Origin: Raillietiella orientalis
Taxonomy: Eukaryota
Reading direction: 5' to 3'
NCBI GenBank assembly: GCA_036172245.1
Contig: JAYWIR010000023.1
Location: 1,116,001 to 1,180,000, forward strand
Length of the DNA: 64,000 nucleotides
This document shows positions 1 to 12,960 of the stretch, in pieces (within the stretch, counting starts at the first letter, position 1; each line of letters starts with the position of its first letter). The notes under the pieces are model-generated. The model was not told the DNA's origin and made no database searches. It saw only the letters and a list, made by a program, of their open reading frames with translations. The position numbers and the translations under genes were made by a program.

Positions 1-1949
1 GCTAATTTCACAGTCGGCTCACTTATGCTGAATTATGAAGTAGTTAAATAGTGGAATCATTTCACTTTTCAAACAGTTCGTTCCGCATTGGACTCGCATG
101 TGCATCGTTAATCACCATGGGAACGCTGGAGGTAAGCCGATCGCGGGATCTCGCGGATCGAGGCTCGGGGACGTTGCCGGAGAAGAAGCCGTTGTCGTTG
201 ACGTTTTGCTGCTGCTGTTGTTGTTTTTCTGGCCAGAGCCTCCGGTTTATCTCGGGCGTGGAGCGATTCGTCCCGGGCGACGAGCACGGTGGTGGTACGG
301 AGGCTGGGTCCTCGCAGGGGAGCGCGGTGCCTTCTCACGGAAACCTTCCTCGGAGATCCCGGACTCGCCCCGGTGGCCCCGGCAAAGGCAGAGGTGGCTG
401 CAGTCGGGCCGTGCGAGAAAACAAAGTGGGGTGCCACCCCAGGTTCGTCGGCCACGAGCCCCGTCCGAGAGGTGTCGCATCTCCCCCCCTCCCTCCCACC
501 CACTGAAACTCGGGGATGCGCGATCCCATCTCCCTGAGCAGGTAGGGCAGATGCTTGAGACCGGTCGGGGAAAGGAGGTGGTGGGCAAGACGACTACGGC
601 ACTCGCCACGCAGTCATACGAGGCGAATCTGGAGGCTGTTCTTCCTGGAAATCCGCGAGTACCTTCGGAAATTGCTCCTCCGGGAACTGGGGCGACACAC
701 GGAGCCAGAGCTGCACGCCGCTGCGGATTCCCCGGCCGTCCGCGGAGGTGCAGCAGCCGTTGCCAGGAGCTCGCCGCGTCGCCTCTCGTTGCCGCGTCGC
801 TCGCGGTGCCTCCCGGTGGCTCCGGTGATGAGCTGCGACCGTGAGGGTCCCGGTCCGATCGCGAAGGCAGGGGGTGGGGCCGCTCGACCCGACGCCAACT
901 CGCCGCCTAGGAAGGGAAGCCGGAAAGCAGGCTCGGAAGGGTGAAGGGGAGGGGTAACGAGGCCCCGATCGACGTGCTCGAGGCGCTCCGAAAACCGGGT
1001 GAAAATCGAGGAGCTCCAATATCACACGGAAGCGCTTGATCACGTGATGCACCAGCCGCACGAACGCGGGAACCAAAAAAAGAAAAAAAAAGGGGGGGAT
1101 TACCCCGGCGATGAGAAGCGCTGGAGACGTCTTGCCGAACACGAGACGCAGCTCTTGCTGCCGCCGGGAGCGAAGCGAAATGAGAGGGAAGCGTTGCTCC
1201 TGAGGACGGTGGCTCCCTGGGAATTCAAGCCACCCCCTTCCCGTCTCTCCGTTCCCGTGAGTTGCAGGAGAGAGCGCCGCTTGCAGGATCCGAGGGAAGC
1301 GCAATCCCGACAGCTTCCTGGACGCTTCCGAGCGGCGCAGTTTTAGGCGCCTTCCGGAGAGAGGGAAGCGGGGCAACCCAGAGGAAAAATCGCTCGGGTC
1401 AGCCCAGTCCTCCCTAAAGGAGGAGAAAGCGGTCTCTCCGCCGACTGCGAAGGGCAGCCAAAAAAAAAAAAAGGTGGTACTTGCTCTTTGCGGTAGCAGC
1501 TACGTTCTCTTTTCTTGTTTCTCGTGCTTTGGGGTTCTGGAAAATCTCCCTCCCTCCCCTCCCCGCCTTCATTTTCCCGAGCGACCTGTTTCGCAACGCT
1601 TCGGCGGCTCTTGTGGCGCGCTTTCGCGACAACGGCGGGGGATCCCCGAGGCAGTTTTTCTGGAAGGGGCGTGCTGGAGGGCCTGACTTGGAAAAGCAGG
1701 CTCCTCCCCCCCTCCGTTGCAGGCGTGACGTCAGCGCCCCACTCCGGATCCGCTACCAACGAGTTGCGCGCTCTCTCCGCCCAGCGCCCGCACGCACCGT
1801 GGACTCTGCTTCGTCTTCTCCCGCATCGCTCGCTCCAGCTGAACGCCCGCCGGAAGGGGAACGTAGGGGGTCCTCCTCCTCCTCGGGACGAGACAGAACA
1901 TGCTAATCCGAATGAAAGAGGTGAGAGGGTCCTCGAGTCGGTGTTTCGC

Positions 1950-2450
1950 GGACGGCGCGGTAGCGATCGCATGCCCCATCGCTCTTTGACGAGGAAGAAC
2001 CCCGCGCCGGTGGTGAGGGCGGCGGCGGGCTGCACATCCGGCTCGTTCCGAGGGTTTCGGTCTGCAGCTTAGATTGCTCGCGCCTCAGGGGGTAAGACTC
2101 TCTCGAGGCACATCAGGATCCCTGGCGTCGCGCTAGGAACAGCCTTGCGATCCTTCGGGTGACGAGTCTTGGCTTCTTGCAGCCGGCCCGCTTTCGTGAG
2201 CACGCTAAGAAGCGATTGCTCATCCTTCCAGTCCCGTCGTCCAGAGATCACGTAGTGTGCGCATCTCTCTCTCCTCTTTTTTTCATTTTCCCCTCTGTGC
2301 TGGCCGCGGAGGTCAACCATCCCACGAAGTTCCTCGTCAAACTAGGACATTTTCTTATTCCTGGACTCGTCGTGCTCCAGCCTTCCTTCACTAAGGAAAC
2401 AAAGCTCGACGGATACAGGAGATGGGAGGAGCGGAAGAAATCTCTTTCCT
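1950..2450 (-). mobile_element. Highly decayed LINE reverse-transcriptase fragment
   Basis: Minus-strand SPGIRK followed by DWKDEQSLLSVLTKAG...PSATPGILMCLERVL resembles the RT N-terminal PGxD / WK...K.G...YRPI...K.LER blocks. Many disruptions. Confidence 0.3.
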
Positions 2451-4306
2451 TTCCATCCTTCCGTGGATCACAGATTTTCTTTCTTTTTTTCCGATTCGCT
2501 AAGCGCTTAAGAGCCGTTCTCCTGGTGGCTCACGAAGCTCTTTAGCTCTGCCCACGCCACTCGAGGGCGCGTGTAGTAGCTCTTCAAGAGAGGATACTGC
2601 CCTGTGAATCCAGGAAGGGATCCCGAGAAAGGACTCCGTTCCTCTCACGCTTGGAAGAGAACCCCGAAGGGAACTGGGCTCGCCCTGATTCTTGGGAGGA
2701 CATCGGAGGGTGCACTTGCAATTACGGCCAGCCAACGGGGCACCTGGATGCTCCTGGCTTCTGCCAGTGCCGCGTCTAAAGTCCAACCAGCGCTGTCTTG
2801 CGGGGAAAACTCGGAACCACGACTCCCCCATTTCTCTGGGATCGATCCTCCACGTGGGGATTCGAACCTGCAAAGCCACGCGGGGAGGCAGCCGCAGCCA
2901 CGCGGCCTCCGTGGATCTCAGGCACCCTGAATGGAACGCGAAGAGAAGTCGCGCATGCCGCGAGCCCACCGCTCAGAACGGAGTGCGAAGGACCCCGGCA
3001 CTGTGACGTTCCGTTCTTTCACTTTTTCGCTGTTCCGCAGCGCAGGCGCAGCCTGCTTTCGTCCAGGGAACCCGTGAGCCTCCTCCTCCTCCTCGCAGAC
3101 CGATCCCTCGACCTTTGTCGTGCCGGAATGGAATTTTCGCACCTGCGCAAGAGGGACTCCCATCTGCTTCAGGGAGGCGTCATGCTCGGCTCGCTGCTCG
3201 CTGGACACAAGGGAAAGAAGTGGAGGGGGAAGGGGAGAGATGGAGGAGTCGCGGTAGGCGATCAGGGTCGACACTCGCGCGGACGAAGCGTGGCCACTTT
3301 TCCCTGGAGGGGATCTCCCGCAGAGAGACTCACGTCCTCGGTGCTGACGACGGGGGGGTCTCGTGGAAGTTTTATCGTACTTTCCTTTGCGGCACACCGT
3401 CTCGGCGTTCACGTGACCTTGAGAAAAGGTCCATGTCTCGGCTGTTCGCTCTTATGACGGACTGCATCCAGGGCGACGGAACAGAAGGAAGAAGGGAGAA
3501 TCCCAGTGAAGAACTTCAAGAGCTGTTTGACGAACCGGAATCCTGAGGAACCCTGGCTGAGGAGCTTGATGAGGACTGTGTGGAGCGAATTTCTTGCAGC
3601 GGAGGTGCTTCCTCCCCCCTCCCTTAAGAAAAAAAAAAAAATGATGTGCCGTTGAGCTGTGGGACTTCGTGCACTCCTGACGTCGTCCAGCGCAGCTCTT
3701 ACTCGGTCCCATGTCTTCCGCTGATGTGGAGAGGAAGATTCGCATCGAGATGCGGAATGGCCTCATTATTGGAATTTCGCGCTGCATGCACGTTGGTGGA
3801 CACGGCTGCAGCTGCCGAGCGCGCGACTCTTCGCAACAGCGATGGAGAGGAACCGGTAGTGGACACATCTAAAGTCGAAGTTCTTGTCGGTTTTTTAAAC
3901 AACACGCGCGCGCCTGAAACTGGACGATATGTGTTCGGGAGAGAGGGGGGAGATACGTCACGGTTTCCGCTGCGGGAGTCCTCGAGGTCCATGCACTTGG
4001 ATGCTTTGGGCTCTTCCGCGAACGAACCGTATACTTTCAGGATGCGGAGGAGCGGATAGGAGGGGTTTCCTGCAAACTCCCATCTTCTCTTCCGTCTGTC
4101 CAGGTTCGTTCGCGCGTCGAGGAAGGGCTCGCGGGAAGGGACAGGAGGGTCCCCCCTAGTCTGATGGAAGTCTTGGAAGAAGGCTCCGCCGACTTGCGGT
4201 TCGAACCCGCAGTCTCGCGCTCGACGCTCCCGCTGCTGTGGCAAGCCTGCTCGGTGCCGCGCGCGGCTGCGGCTGAAAGCGTCCTCTTCTGTTGCTCCCC
4301 CCCCAC

Positions 4307-5328
4307 TTCGACCTGAGCACCTGGTTTCTGGAAGGGAGCCCCCTGCCAGCTGGAGGCGTGCAATCGGTGTCTCTCGATTGTGTCGGAGGTCCGACGACAT
4401 CTGCTCCGCCCCTTCAGAAGTGCTCGGGAAGGAAAGGAGAAGCCTGCTGCCTCCCTGCAAACAAAGAAGGCTGGCTCCCTACTAGTTCGTTCGTTACTTG
4501 GAGTCACGGCATCCCCGAAATCAAGTGGCAGCGAGAGTACCAGAGATACCAAGCCGACACCTCGACAAAATCAGGCGCCTTGTGGTTGCCCCACCCAACA
4601 TCCAGCGCAGCCGCGATGCACGCTGGACCCGTAGAGGAGGGCATCCTCCCGACGGAAGTTTACGCTCAAAGAGAATCCGGACCGACATCAGCGGACGTAG
4701 AAGGAGGTTTCTTGGAAGTGATTCCATAACCTTTCATGCGCATGAGGAGGGGTTGCGAGGACCCCCTCCTTACGCTCCGCAGACAGTGTCCTTCCGGATC
4801 CAGCAGGGGCATCATGTTGGTCAGGATCCCAGGATCTCCGTGGTCCGGCGACGGTCACGCGGCCTGACGTCTGAGGGCGGAAGAGCGAGCCTGAGGCTAC
4901 CGCGTTCTCTCCTTTTCTCGCGCGAGCGATAGAGGAAGATTCTTCGCGCGCGCCAGCACATCCACAGAACGCTCGGCGAAAACAGTCCGCCTCCTTCCCC
5001 CCCCTCCGGAAAGAGGCGGCCTGCACACTCTCCCTCTTTCCCTGCTTCGGCCATGCTCCTCCGGCATCTTCCGCTGGTATCCTCCACGCGGGCTACGTGG
5101 GTTCCGCTTCCGTCAGAAGAGACCACGACGACGACCGGGGATGCCGAACTGCAACCATCCTACGTTCAGCTGTGGTCTCCATTCGCCCCCCAGTCCTCGC
5201 TGCCAGTTCTGGTGCTCCCCACCTTCGTTGACCTGCACGCCTGGTTTCTGGAAAGGCATCCCCTGCTAGTCGGAGGCGTCCAGTGGGTGTCTCTCGACTG
5301 TGTCGGAAGTTGGACATCTGCTTCGCCC
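4307..5328. repeat. Diverged ~105-bp direct duplication (4307-4410 and 5223-5328)
   Basis: Shared core cctggtttctggaa...ggaggcgt...ggtgtctctcga(t/c)tgtgtcgga...gacatctgct(c/t)cgccc in both copies. Confidence 0.8.
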
Positions 5329-8300
5329 CGAAAAAAGGCGACCCGCCTGGAGATGAGCGGCAGAGTCGTTAACATCCACTCGCGAGGTCAACCCGAGTGC
5401 AAGATAGCGGGCTCCTCCATCAGTCGAGACGCTCAGCCACTCCCCGATCGCCCTGCCCCTCCCTCCGCTGCAACTTGCGAACGGGGGGCGCCGCGAGCTG
5501 TGAGGGATCCGGGTAGACGAGCCCATCCTTTACCAAAAGTGGGGAGGCGCGCGCCTTCTGAGGAGGCGTGGGACTTTCTCCCTCCCTTGGCCCCTTTATT
5601 GCTGTTGTTGCCGTCGTTGTTGTTTCACGAGCGCGTTGGGCTATCGGTGCGTTTGAGACTTGCGACCGGTGGCGCTCCGCATCCTTTTTTTCGGTTCAGA
5701 GGATGCGCCTCGGAAGAACCACCAGCCAGCCGTATCCATAGTTACACCTGCGTTTCGCAACGAGCACTCTGGCAACCCGTTATCATTCAGGAACGGCGGG
5801 TCGTGTTGAGCGGGTGGCGGCGACCACATGCACGGGTGTTGGATTTGGATTCCGGATGACGGCGGGCGGCTGACGTCGCCGGCCGAAGGAGTCAGGGAGG
5901 CGGAAAGGGAACGAGGGCCACCTCCCCTCTCTCTCGAGAGAAGCCCGTCCCAGGGAGGTTCGGGATAAGGCCGAGAGGCGAAGCCGGGAGGTGACGGAAA
6001 CGCCGCCGCGGGACTCCTGCGTGCCTCGGAGCGCGTGCACTGGGCTACTGGAGGAGAGTCCCGTCCGTCGTCCGAAAGAGGCCGAGCGCATCGCACGTCC
6101 CGGAGGGTGAACTGCCCGGTGGTGGGCGGTCCGGGTGACTGGTTGGTTCGGGGAAGGGATTCCCCGTTGAACCAAGCCCCCCCCCCAGCTCGAGTTTCGG
6201 TGTTGCCACGGGACCGAAAGGTCACCTCAAGACGACTGACCGGGCATGCCGCGTTGCCGTCGATATGAGCGGCCGAAACGGCCTTCTACTTCGTGCAGAG
6301 AATCTTTTCCATGCTGCTGCTGCTCCAAAGCCAGTAAACGGCAACCGGGATGCGTCGATCTTCGTGGTTACCTCTGGTCACGAAATTTCCTCTTGTGAGC
6401 GCGCTGTCCAGGCTGTTATTCGTGGATGTGAGAGATTTGAATTGCAAGAAAGAAAAAAAAAATCTTGTGCCACTTGTAAGGATGAGCGAGCACCAGTGTG
6501 AAAGACATCGAGTGTTCGTGTTCAAAGTAGGTTCCTTTTGCTCTGCTCCCCCATTATGAAAAGGCACGCGGGAAGTTATTTTTTTTGTTGGTTTTTTTTT
6601 TCTTTTTTGCGGCCAGTCAGAGTGGCCCACGCGCGCGACAGATCGCGGGACTGATCTAGAAAAAGTCTCGTGTCGGGCGGGCACCTCGAAGCGGGCGGGA
6701 AAACTGGAGCAGATAAACCGAGGTGCCTCCTACTGCGGATAGCAGACCTCAGGAGAGTTTTTCCCGCTCGGGGGGGGGGGGGACTCTCTTTTTCTTCTTG
6801 CAGTCCCCATTGGTTTCCAAGTAACGACCGGCGCCGGTGGCTTTTTACACTCGGAGCTGCTTGCCAGCAGTTCCGAGTGCAAAGAGCCGGCCGCCTTGTT
6901 TTCGGGCGAAGGGGAGGAGGAGGGAGGGAAAAAAAGGAAAATCAAGCGGCGAGGGACGTCCAGCTGTTCACTCCAAGGCGGAACCCTGCCCGCTACTACG
7001 CCACTTCTGGAGCCTCCTTTCTCACCAAACCGCTCTCTTGACCGCTGCCATGCGGAATGCATCGTTCCGTTCATCGTGGTCCGGAGGGCTTCTGCAACGC
7101 CGCCCAGTAACCTCTCGAACCGGTGACCGGGAAGAGAGATGGTAGTCCACTACCACGACTCCACTACCACTCCCTGAAGCGGCGCTCCTTCTTTTCCTCC
7201 TTCCTTACTCTTTCCATTCCGTATCCCCCTCCCTTTCCCTCTTTCTTTTCCCGCCTGGTGACCTTCGGGAGAAAGGACGCGGAGGCTCTGGCTGTGGGAA
7301 TCGGAAACGTCCTGTAGCGCAGCTGCGGATGGAGTTCCGAGGTCGCTGCTACGATCCTCTCAAGTCTTCCTTCCTTCCCGGGATCCGGAGCGGCGCGTCC
7401 CTCCTCTCTGAGATTAGTTTGGGAAGCTCCCAGGAGAGGGAAGCAGAGCCCTTACGACCCCACCTGGAGGGGTTTGCGGCCGCGTGAGGCCCCACTTCGT
7501 CTCTCGGGCGACGGTGCGGCCGGCCGCCGGAGCCGAAGATTCGACCGCCCGGAGGATGTCCGTCACCCGTGGTGCAGGCTCTGGGGAGTCGCGCCCTGTC
7601 CACCCTTTTGCCTCGCCTGGAATCCCGTTGGCTCCTCCTTCGGATCTGCTCTGGACCGCAGCTGGAAGCAGCACTCATGCCCACCTCGCGCGCGCATCTT
7701 TCCATCGCTGGGAACGAGACCCCTTTCGGCACCCGAAAGGAAAGGGGGGAGAGAACTTTAGACCGACTCCCTCTCAGGAGCGATTCGGCTTCGACATCGT
7801 TCCGACTCCATACCGAGGACTTTTCCGGGAGCAGGTCCATTTCGTTTCCCTCCCCTCCTTTCCCTTTTGAGGGGGCAGAGCAGAAGCCGAGCCGGAAGAG
7901 GGCCCTCGGGATGTGCGCCCGCCGCGCTGCTGCACTGGAGAGGGACGCGAATGCCAGATCGCCTGCGACCGGTCGCACATCTTGCCGGTTCCAGGCGAGG
8001 GTGGACTTGGCCCACAGCCCGTTCTCCAGAGGTAACCCTGACTCGGCTCTGTCCTGCTGCACCCTTCCCTCCGCTTCTCCCGGGAGCCGCGTCCTCTGGA
8101 GGGAGGCGGCGTTCGCCCCTCCAATGCCCCTGTCCGGAGACGCCTGTCCGTCCGCATAGAAGTAAAAACGGAAGAGACAGGAGAGGAAGGGGAGGAGGAG
8201 GCACTCCGGGAGGGGGAGGAGGAAGAAGGAAAGGCTCGGGCGGGCAGGGTTCCTCCCTTCCGTTTATGAGCCTTCCTGGGGCTTACCGAGTGCTCTCCTC

Positions 8301-8781
8301 CTATCTGGACAGAGCCAGAGGGCGTTTCGTCTGCGAAGGAAGACGGCAGCAAAGGACGTCTCCCCGAGTCGCCCCTCCGACTTGTCCCAGACTCTTAGCA
8401 CAGCTGAGGGGACCGCGCTGCCAGGAAGTCGGAGGGGCATTCCTTCCCCCTCCCTCCCGGCTCGCCCGGCTGGTGAAAGGGCCCTCGTCCGAATCGCCGG
8501 GACAGGAGATCCTAGTGCGCGCCTGGGAGGCGAGGACACTCCTTTTTTCCCTCTCTTCGCTGCCAGAGAGGCCGGGAACAGTCCTCCCTACGGGGAGGAG
8601 GAATCCGTGAAGGGACGAACGGACTCCTTGCGGGAGCGGAAGGAGGGACACTTCCTTCGTCCCTCCTCCCCAATGGTCAATCCCCTGCTCGCCTCTGAAA
8701 TAACACGCCCCGAAGGATCAGGGGCTGAGAGGGACGGGGAAGGGCGTCACGTGACCCTTCTCACCAGTCTTCTTCTTGCAG

Positions 8782-10566
8782 CTGTTCGCCATGGCGGTGC
8801 TGACCTTTGCCTGCGCCCTCGGGAAGCCTCGGTTCCCTGGGCAGGCCGGAGACTGCTGCGGGGTTCCCTGGAGGGCGATGATCGCCGTCACCGACGTCGG
8901 CGGTGGGCGCGTGGTGGGAGTGCCGTTTGCGGGTGACCCGGCAGTGGCCTCCGCCGTGCTCCCTCCGCTGCAGCAGCAGCAGCCGCAACACATAGGCAGC
9001 GGCGTTGGGGAAGTTATCGATGCCAGTGGCATTGGAGGCGGCCCGGTCTACCAGGCGGACGAGGCCATCTTCACGGAGCACTTCGAGAGAGGTCAAGGCG
9101 GCTCCCCGGCAGCAGCGCTGGGGCTGCTGCAGCCCCCCAGTGGCAGCAGTGGCGCCAACGGCGGACGGGGACAGCGGAGGGAGCGCCCGTTCCCGCTGGA
9201 GGCTGCGGGTGGTTCCTCGGAGAGCCATCCCAAGAAAAGCCCCTTCGTCCGGTTCTCGCCCCTGGGGAGTCTCCCTGAGGAGCACAGCAACGCCTTTTCC
9301 TTCATCACCGACCTGGGCGGAGCCGACGGTGGTGCCGACGGGCAGAGCCACCACCCCAACACCATCATCATCTCTCCCGGGGAGATCGCAGCCTCTGAGG
9401 ACCAGGAGGGTGACCTCTTCTCTTTCCTTCCTGACGTCTCGGAGGTCGCCGGCGTTTCTGAACCCTCCTCGCAGGATGACTCTCGCCGCCAGTTTTTCCT
9501 CCTCCAGGAACCTGGCGCACTCCCGAACCGCCTCCTTGCCACCAGAGGAGAGGAGTCGCTCGGCAACCTGCACTCCTCCTTTCTGCAGTCACTGGACCAC
9601 GAAGGCTTCTCCGCCTCAGCCGACGGCCAGGTCTTCCCAGAGGTGGCGGCGGGAGGCGCCAGTGGCGGCTCCGCTACCGCGTGGGACGACGCCCGCCCGC
9701 CTTCCGCCTCCCTGCTGCATTTCGGCGGCGGGAGCGGGAAGGACAAGAATGAGGGATCGCTCCGGCCACCTCCGCCGCCGAGGGCTCAGGAGACCAACTC
9801 CGTGATCGTTGCCCCCCCACCGGAGTCGCAGCAGCAGCGGCAGAAGCAGCGCGAAGTCGCGACCTCTTCGCACCCGAAGCCCAAGCTGGTCATCTCCGGG
9901 GGTGGAGAGCCCGCCTCTCCCGGAGAACTGACGGTTCCCTCGGGGCACCTTCCTCCTCTCCCCTTCGAGGTGTCCGTGCAGCCCCCAGTACTCCTCTCCG
10001 AGGGCCAACCCTCCAAGATCCGGTCGTCTCCGGCCAGCGAGCCCTCCCTCCTCCCGCCGGAGGGCGCCAAAAATGAGAGGCCCCAGGAGACGGGAGTGAA
10101 GATCATCTCGGTCAGAGACAGGGACCCTCCCTACCGCTCCCAGGAGTCAGACCCCCAGACCCCTGCCTCTGCGGTCCTCGACCACGCCTTTGAGGAGGCC
10201 ACCAACACCGCCGTCTTCGAGCGAGACCTGCAGAACGCCGCCTCGGGCGACATCCATAAGCACGTGTTTGCCTTCGTCGCTCAGGACGAGCCCCAGGGGG
10301 AAGTCATCCGGGTCAAGGGACCACCTTCCGAGAGGGAAGTTCACTACAAGATCCTCTTCATCAAGCCTCCCGCGCCTGCGACCCCGCAGCTGTCCCTGCC
10401 CGAAATTCCCCCAGGTCCTGAGGTTCGTACCATCGTGTACGTCCTGCAGTCCCGTCCCCAACCCCTGAGGGTTCCCACCATCCGCACCGCGGCCACCGCC
10501 AAGCCTCTCCCGCCCCAGGTGTTCTTCGTGAAGTATCCCTCCAGAAATGGGAGGCTGGCGACGTAG
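8782..10566 (+). CDS. Tweedle-family (DUF243) cuticular protein, main coding exon; a short upstream exon is probably missing from this model
   Basis: 596-aa ORF. Its C-terminus has the four Tweedle/DUF243 blocks in order: IHKHVFAFV, HYKILFIKPP, VRTIVYVL, PQVFFVKY (10252-10536). It begins with a signal-peptide-like LFAMAVLTFACALG right after the acceptor tcttcttcttgcag (ends 8781). Confidence 0.85.
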   Translation: MFAMAVLTFACALGKPRFPGQAGDCCGVPWRAMIAVTDVGGGRVVGVPFAGDPAVASAVLPPLQQQQPQHIGSGVGEVIDASGIGGGPVYQADEAIFTEHFERGQGGSPAAALGLLQPPSGSSGANGGRGQRRERPFPLEAAGGSSESHPKKSPFVRFSPLGSLPEEHSNAFSFITDLGGADGGADGQSHHPNTIIISPGEIAASEDQEGDLFSFLPDVSEVAGVSEPSSQDDSRRQFFLLQEPGALPNRLLATRGEESLGNLHSSFLQSLDHEGFSASADGQVFPEVAAGGASGGSATAWDDARPPSASLLHFGGGSGKDKNEGSLRPPPPPRAQETNSVIVAPPPESQQQRQKQREVATSSHPKPKLVISGGGEPASPGELTVPSGHLPPLPFEVSVQPPVLLSEGQPSKIRSSPASEPSLLPPEGAKNERPQETGVKIISVRDRDPPYRSQESDPQTPASAVLDHAFEEATNTAVFERDLQNAASGDIHKHVFAFVAQDEPQGEVIRVKGPPSEREVHYKILFIKPPAPATPQLSLPEIPPGPEVRTIVYVLQSRPQPLRVPTIRTAATAKPLPPQVFFVKYPSRNGRLAT

Positions 10567-12099
10567 CGCCGGGAGGAAGAGGACGCACACGAGGTCATTG
10601 GAAGGTCAAGGAAGCCCCCCTCCCTCCCGCCCGCCCGTTCGTCATATTTCCGAGGGATGAAGGGTGTGGGCGAGGAGGCGAAGATGTCAGCCCCGTCCCA
10701 GCTTCCTTTCTTTCCCCCAACCCACGGAGGCCCTCGGAGCGAGCTGACTCGAGAGCTGAGCGCACCCGAAGGAGGGCGTCCGGCTCAGGCGGCCCCGCCG
10801 TCCCGCGTCCTTAAGAAGTTCTGGAAAATAAAAGGAGGGGAAGCGGAGGCTCTATTCCAGCCCCAACCGGGGGAAGGTGGAGGCTGGGGGGAGGGGATGA
10901 GAAGGCGAGAGTTCCATCCAGCTTCGCTTCTCTATGGGAACTCCTTCCGGGCAGAAGGAGGTGTCCGGAGAGGACCCCACCTCCAGATCCCTTCCCCCGC
11001 GCCTCACCTGAGACAACCAGGAGTGGCCGCACTCTGACCCTTTCGGTTCTCCCTCTCTCCCTCCGAGGCGATGGGGCCACTCCCGAGGGCAGGCGAGGAA
11101 GGAACGACAGGAGCCTCTCCCTGAAGAGAGAGGGAAGGAAGGGGGCACCAGGGTCTCCCTCTGGGAAGTCCCTTGACGCCGTATGTCGTCATCCTTAACG
11201 TCCCCCTTTCTGAGCGCCCTCCTGCAAGGGAGGGCTCCACAATCAGGAGGTTCGGGGTGAGAGTCGTTGCCATTTCCCTTCCCTCTTTCCTGTCTTCCCG
11301 CCGCCGCCTCCCGCCCTCTGAGACCTCCTTTCCAGGGAGAATGCCCTGTGGTGGCAAGAGGAAGGAGGGCCCCCTGGTGACGAGAAGAAAAAGACGATCC
11401 TCCCCGCCAGTTCCACTCTAGAAAGGACGACGGGCAAGGATCATCCACGTGGAGGAAGCATCTTCTGCAGGGGAAAAGGAAGAGCTTCATTCCCGGATCT
11501 TGGTCTGGGAGAGGACACAAAAGGCACCAGGATGCCACCCACGCCTACGGCAATCAAGAGGAGGAGGCGGTGGTGGACACCATCCTGTTTGATTCATGTC
11601 CTGGTCTCAACGTACTCCTTCGTGCACCAGACGTGTGTGGGGAGGGGGGGGGGGAAGAGAGTGCACGACCCACACTCCCATGAGAGGAGAAAGAGGGATG
11701 CACCACCAGTCCGTGGTGGAGCTGCCAAAGATACCGAGGAAGTGCGCGACCACGGCCAAGGCTCAAACCCGCAGAGGAGGTCACAGAATGGGGACGAGTG
11801 CCACGGCCTCCACGGCGTCGTCGTCTTTGCCTCCCAGCGACTGCCTCAAGATTGAGGGAGGCCCCAGTTTCCAAGGTGAACCGCAGGAGCTGCCGGACGC
11901 CACATTCGATCCAAGCCCCGGGGTCGCTTCGCAAAGGAGCCGGCTCCTAGGGACCACAGCGCGCAAGGAAGGAGAAGGACGCGGGACGGGGAGTCCCCAA
12001 GGTGCCGCAGACTCGAAAACAGACCCTGAAGAGGAAGACGAGGTGGAACAGAAGTGGGATGCTCCGTGTGGATGGGCGAGCAGGAGGAGTCCTTGGAGA

Positions 12100-12960
12100 G
12101 AAGGCTCCCTACATCCGGACGCGGAGTTCCTGCACAGGGATAAGGATCAGCTTCCGGCGGAGTTCCAGAGGCATCGTCAAGGGAACTTCCGAGAACATCT
12201 TTCTCCTGGAGAGGGAGGAATCCCTTTGGATTCGATTCCGAGAACGTGGGAGTATTCTGGAGTTCCGAAGGTGCTCTGCTGGAGGCCCACGGAATCCGTG
12301 CTCTCCGTTGGAAGGAGACCTAGCAACGAGCGAGTCGATTCCGATTCCCCGAGCGAGTATCGGGCTGCCCGCGGGATGGAGGGAGAAGGAACGTGCCTTG
12401 CGCTGAAAGGCACATCTGCTTCGTTCAAGGTTTTTTGGAGGCTTAGAAGCTGCGGACCGAATCCGAGACTGATGCGACCACGTAGGACCCGGTCGCTGCC
12501 GGGATCTCTTAATACTCGACCGCACCCCTACTGGACAGCACAGTTGGGTCCGATCTCCCGAAGGCCATCTGAGTGGAGCGTCTTCCGCGGTCCTGAGCTG
12601 TCCCGGCAAGGTGGTCCCAAGTGAGAACGACTGCTATCTGCTTGCCGAGCACTACCTAATCCTCCTATTCGACGGTATGGCGAAAGGGGAGCGCAGAAGT
12701 GGGCTGGAGAAGGGAGAAGCCGCGAGGCTGAAGATGCTCTTGGCGTCGGTGGAGGGAGCAGCTGTGAGACTGAAGATGCTCTTGGAATTGGCACGAAGAT
12801 ACTCCATTCCTTTCTCACAATCACTTTGCCATGGACCTTGGGCTATTCGGAAACGCTTTTCCCAAGCATCCCGAAAAATCGCCAGTCTCATAAGAATTCT
12901 TGGGAATCTTTCTCTTTGCAGCTCATCTGCGCCGCCCATCTGCAAGTTCCCTTCCTGACA
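12100..12960 (+). mobile_element. Possible decayed LINE RT fragment
   Basis: SFRRSSRGIVKGTSENIFLL...ILEFRRC resembles the GFR..RGT.D.IF.L...DF.KAFD block; the later CYLLAEHYLILLFD is weakly RT-like. Confidence 0.22.

Noticed and set aside
540..1346. Protein-like segments (RRIWRLFFLEIREYLRKLLLREL; KIEELQYHTEALDHVMHQ)
   Set aside because: No recognisable family or consistent splice structure.
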